From assembly GCA_032718475.1 (NCBI GenBank), contig JAUCBJ010006245.1, positions 1 to 64,000 on the forward strand: DNA of 64,000 nt. The letters run 5' to 3'. Within the stretch, counting starts at the first letter, position 1. The number at the start of each line of letters is the position of its first letter. Origin of the DNA: Nemertoderma westbladi (taxonomy: Eukaryota > Animalia > Xenacoelomorpha). The notes beneath the pieces are model-generated. The model ran no database searches. It saw nothing but the letters and a program-made list of their open reading frames with translations, and was not told the origin of the DNA. Positions 63,244 to 64,000 of the stretch are shown piece by piece. A program made the position numbers and the translations under genes.

Positions 63244-63769
63244 CTATATAACATAATTAATTGTCTTATTAGATATTCAAGATAAAATATATTTGCAATA
63301 ATTTCAAGTTTAGTAACACTTTAACACTTTTTTAGTAACACAGTAAAATTTATAAACACTCTACAGTTACTATAATATGTAATTGAATTAGGGTAATAGT
63401 AAATACCTTTTAACTTGGAGTTTTCTAAGTTAAACCTAAATCCGTCGAGGTTTGCGAACTTTATTAAACGATGATTGACAATTTATTTAAATAAAAATTA
63501 ATGTAGCTTTTTATTATTATCTATTTTTATTTCTACAAAGTGAATAATAAACTGCACCAGAATATAAGTAATTAATTTATGGGTAATTGAATATTTGATT
63601 AATCCACTGTAAACATTTGTGGCGAGTTATCTGAATCGGGGCTGTCAAAAAAAAGTAACGGAACTCAGTAAACGATTATTACCTTCAAAATTTAATATAA
63701 TCCAGTTGTAAAGGAAAATTTTATGTTCTAGATAATCTCAGAAAAAAACAGATTTGAGGTCTGGCCATG

Positions 63770-64000
63770 TCCCAGAATATGTTGTCGTATTTCAGTGACA
63801 TGCCCCCCCCCCCCCCCCCCAAAAAAAAAAAAAATTTCTACAAATCTTAATGAGATTGCATGAAATATGAAACAGAGATAGTTTCATCTCCCTCCTCCTT
63901 GCTGGGTGAGCCAGAATTTTTATTTATGTTTTCATTCTTTAGTTACAAGCGTTGGAAAAAGTGTCTCCTACAGCGATATATATTGTACCAGTCGTACTGC
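63770..64000 (+). repeat. Second copy of the 4750-5220 repeat family, with a C18-A14-type homopolymer block
   Basis: tttctacaaatcttaatga.attgcatga...gatagtttca.ctc...aaaagtgtctcc matches the reverse complement of about 5020-5220. Confidence 0.6.

Overview
Eukaryotic, probably invertebrate metazoan, genomic DNA. The window holds most of a minus-strand, intron-split CLUAP1/IFT38 gene: six internal exons that join in the correct phase (63243 to 6114) plus two alternative terminal exons, each ending ...DSDDDF-stop. The 5' exons lie beyond 64000. About 56 kb of intron is tandem arrays and nested transposons. The standout feature is that three introns contain large minisatellites (about 12.6 kb, 3.2 kb and 19.4 kb) whose unit is a copy of the 3' end of the upstream exon plus its own GT donor, giving hundreds of duplicate 5' splice sites. 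A fourth intron has an unrelated 22-bp array just after its donor. One intron holds a nested stack: BEL/Pao, interrupted by a full-length Gypsy (LTRs, TSD, PBS, PPT), interrupted by a full-length CR1/L2-group LINE (14-bp TSD, 2A-like motif, 66-bp array). Also present are RTE fragments, MITEs, a tRNA-derived SINE and an orphan ORF with a transmembrane-like segment. The long ORFs over the arrays are repeat artefacts. Coordinates were read by eye; array edges and copy numbers are approximate.
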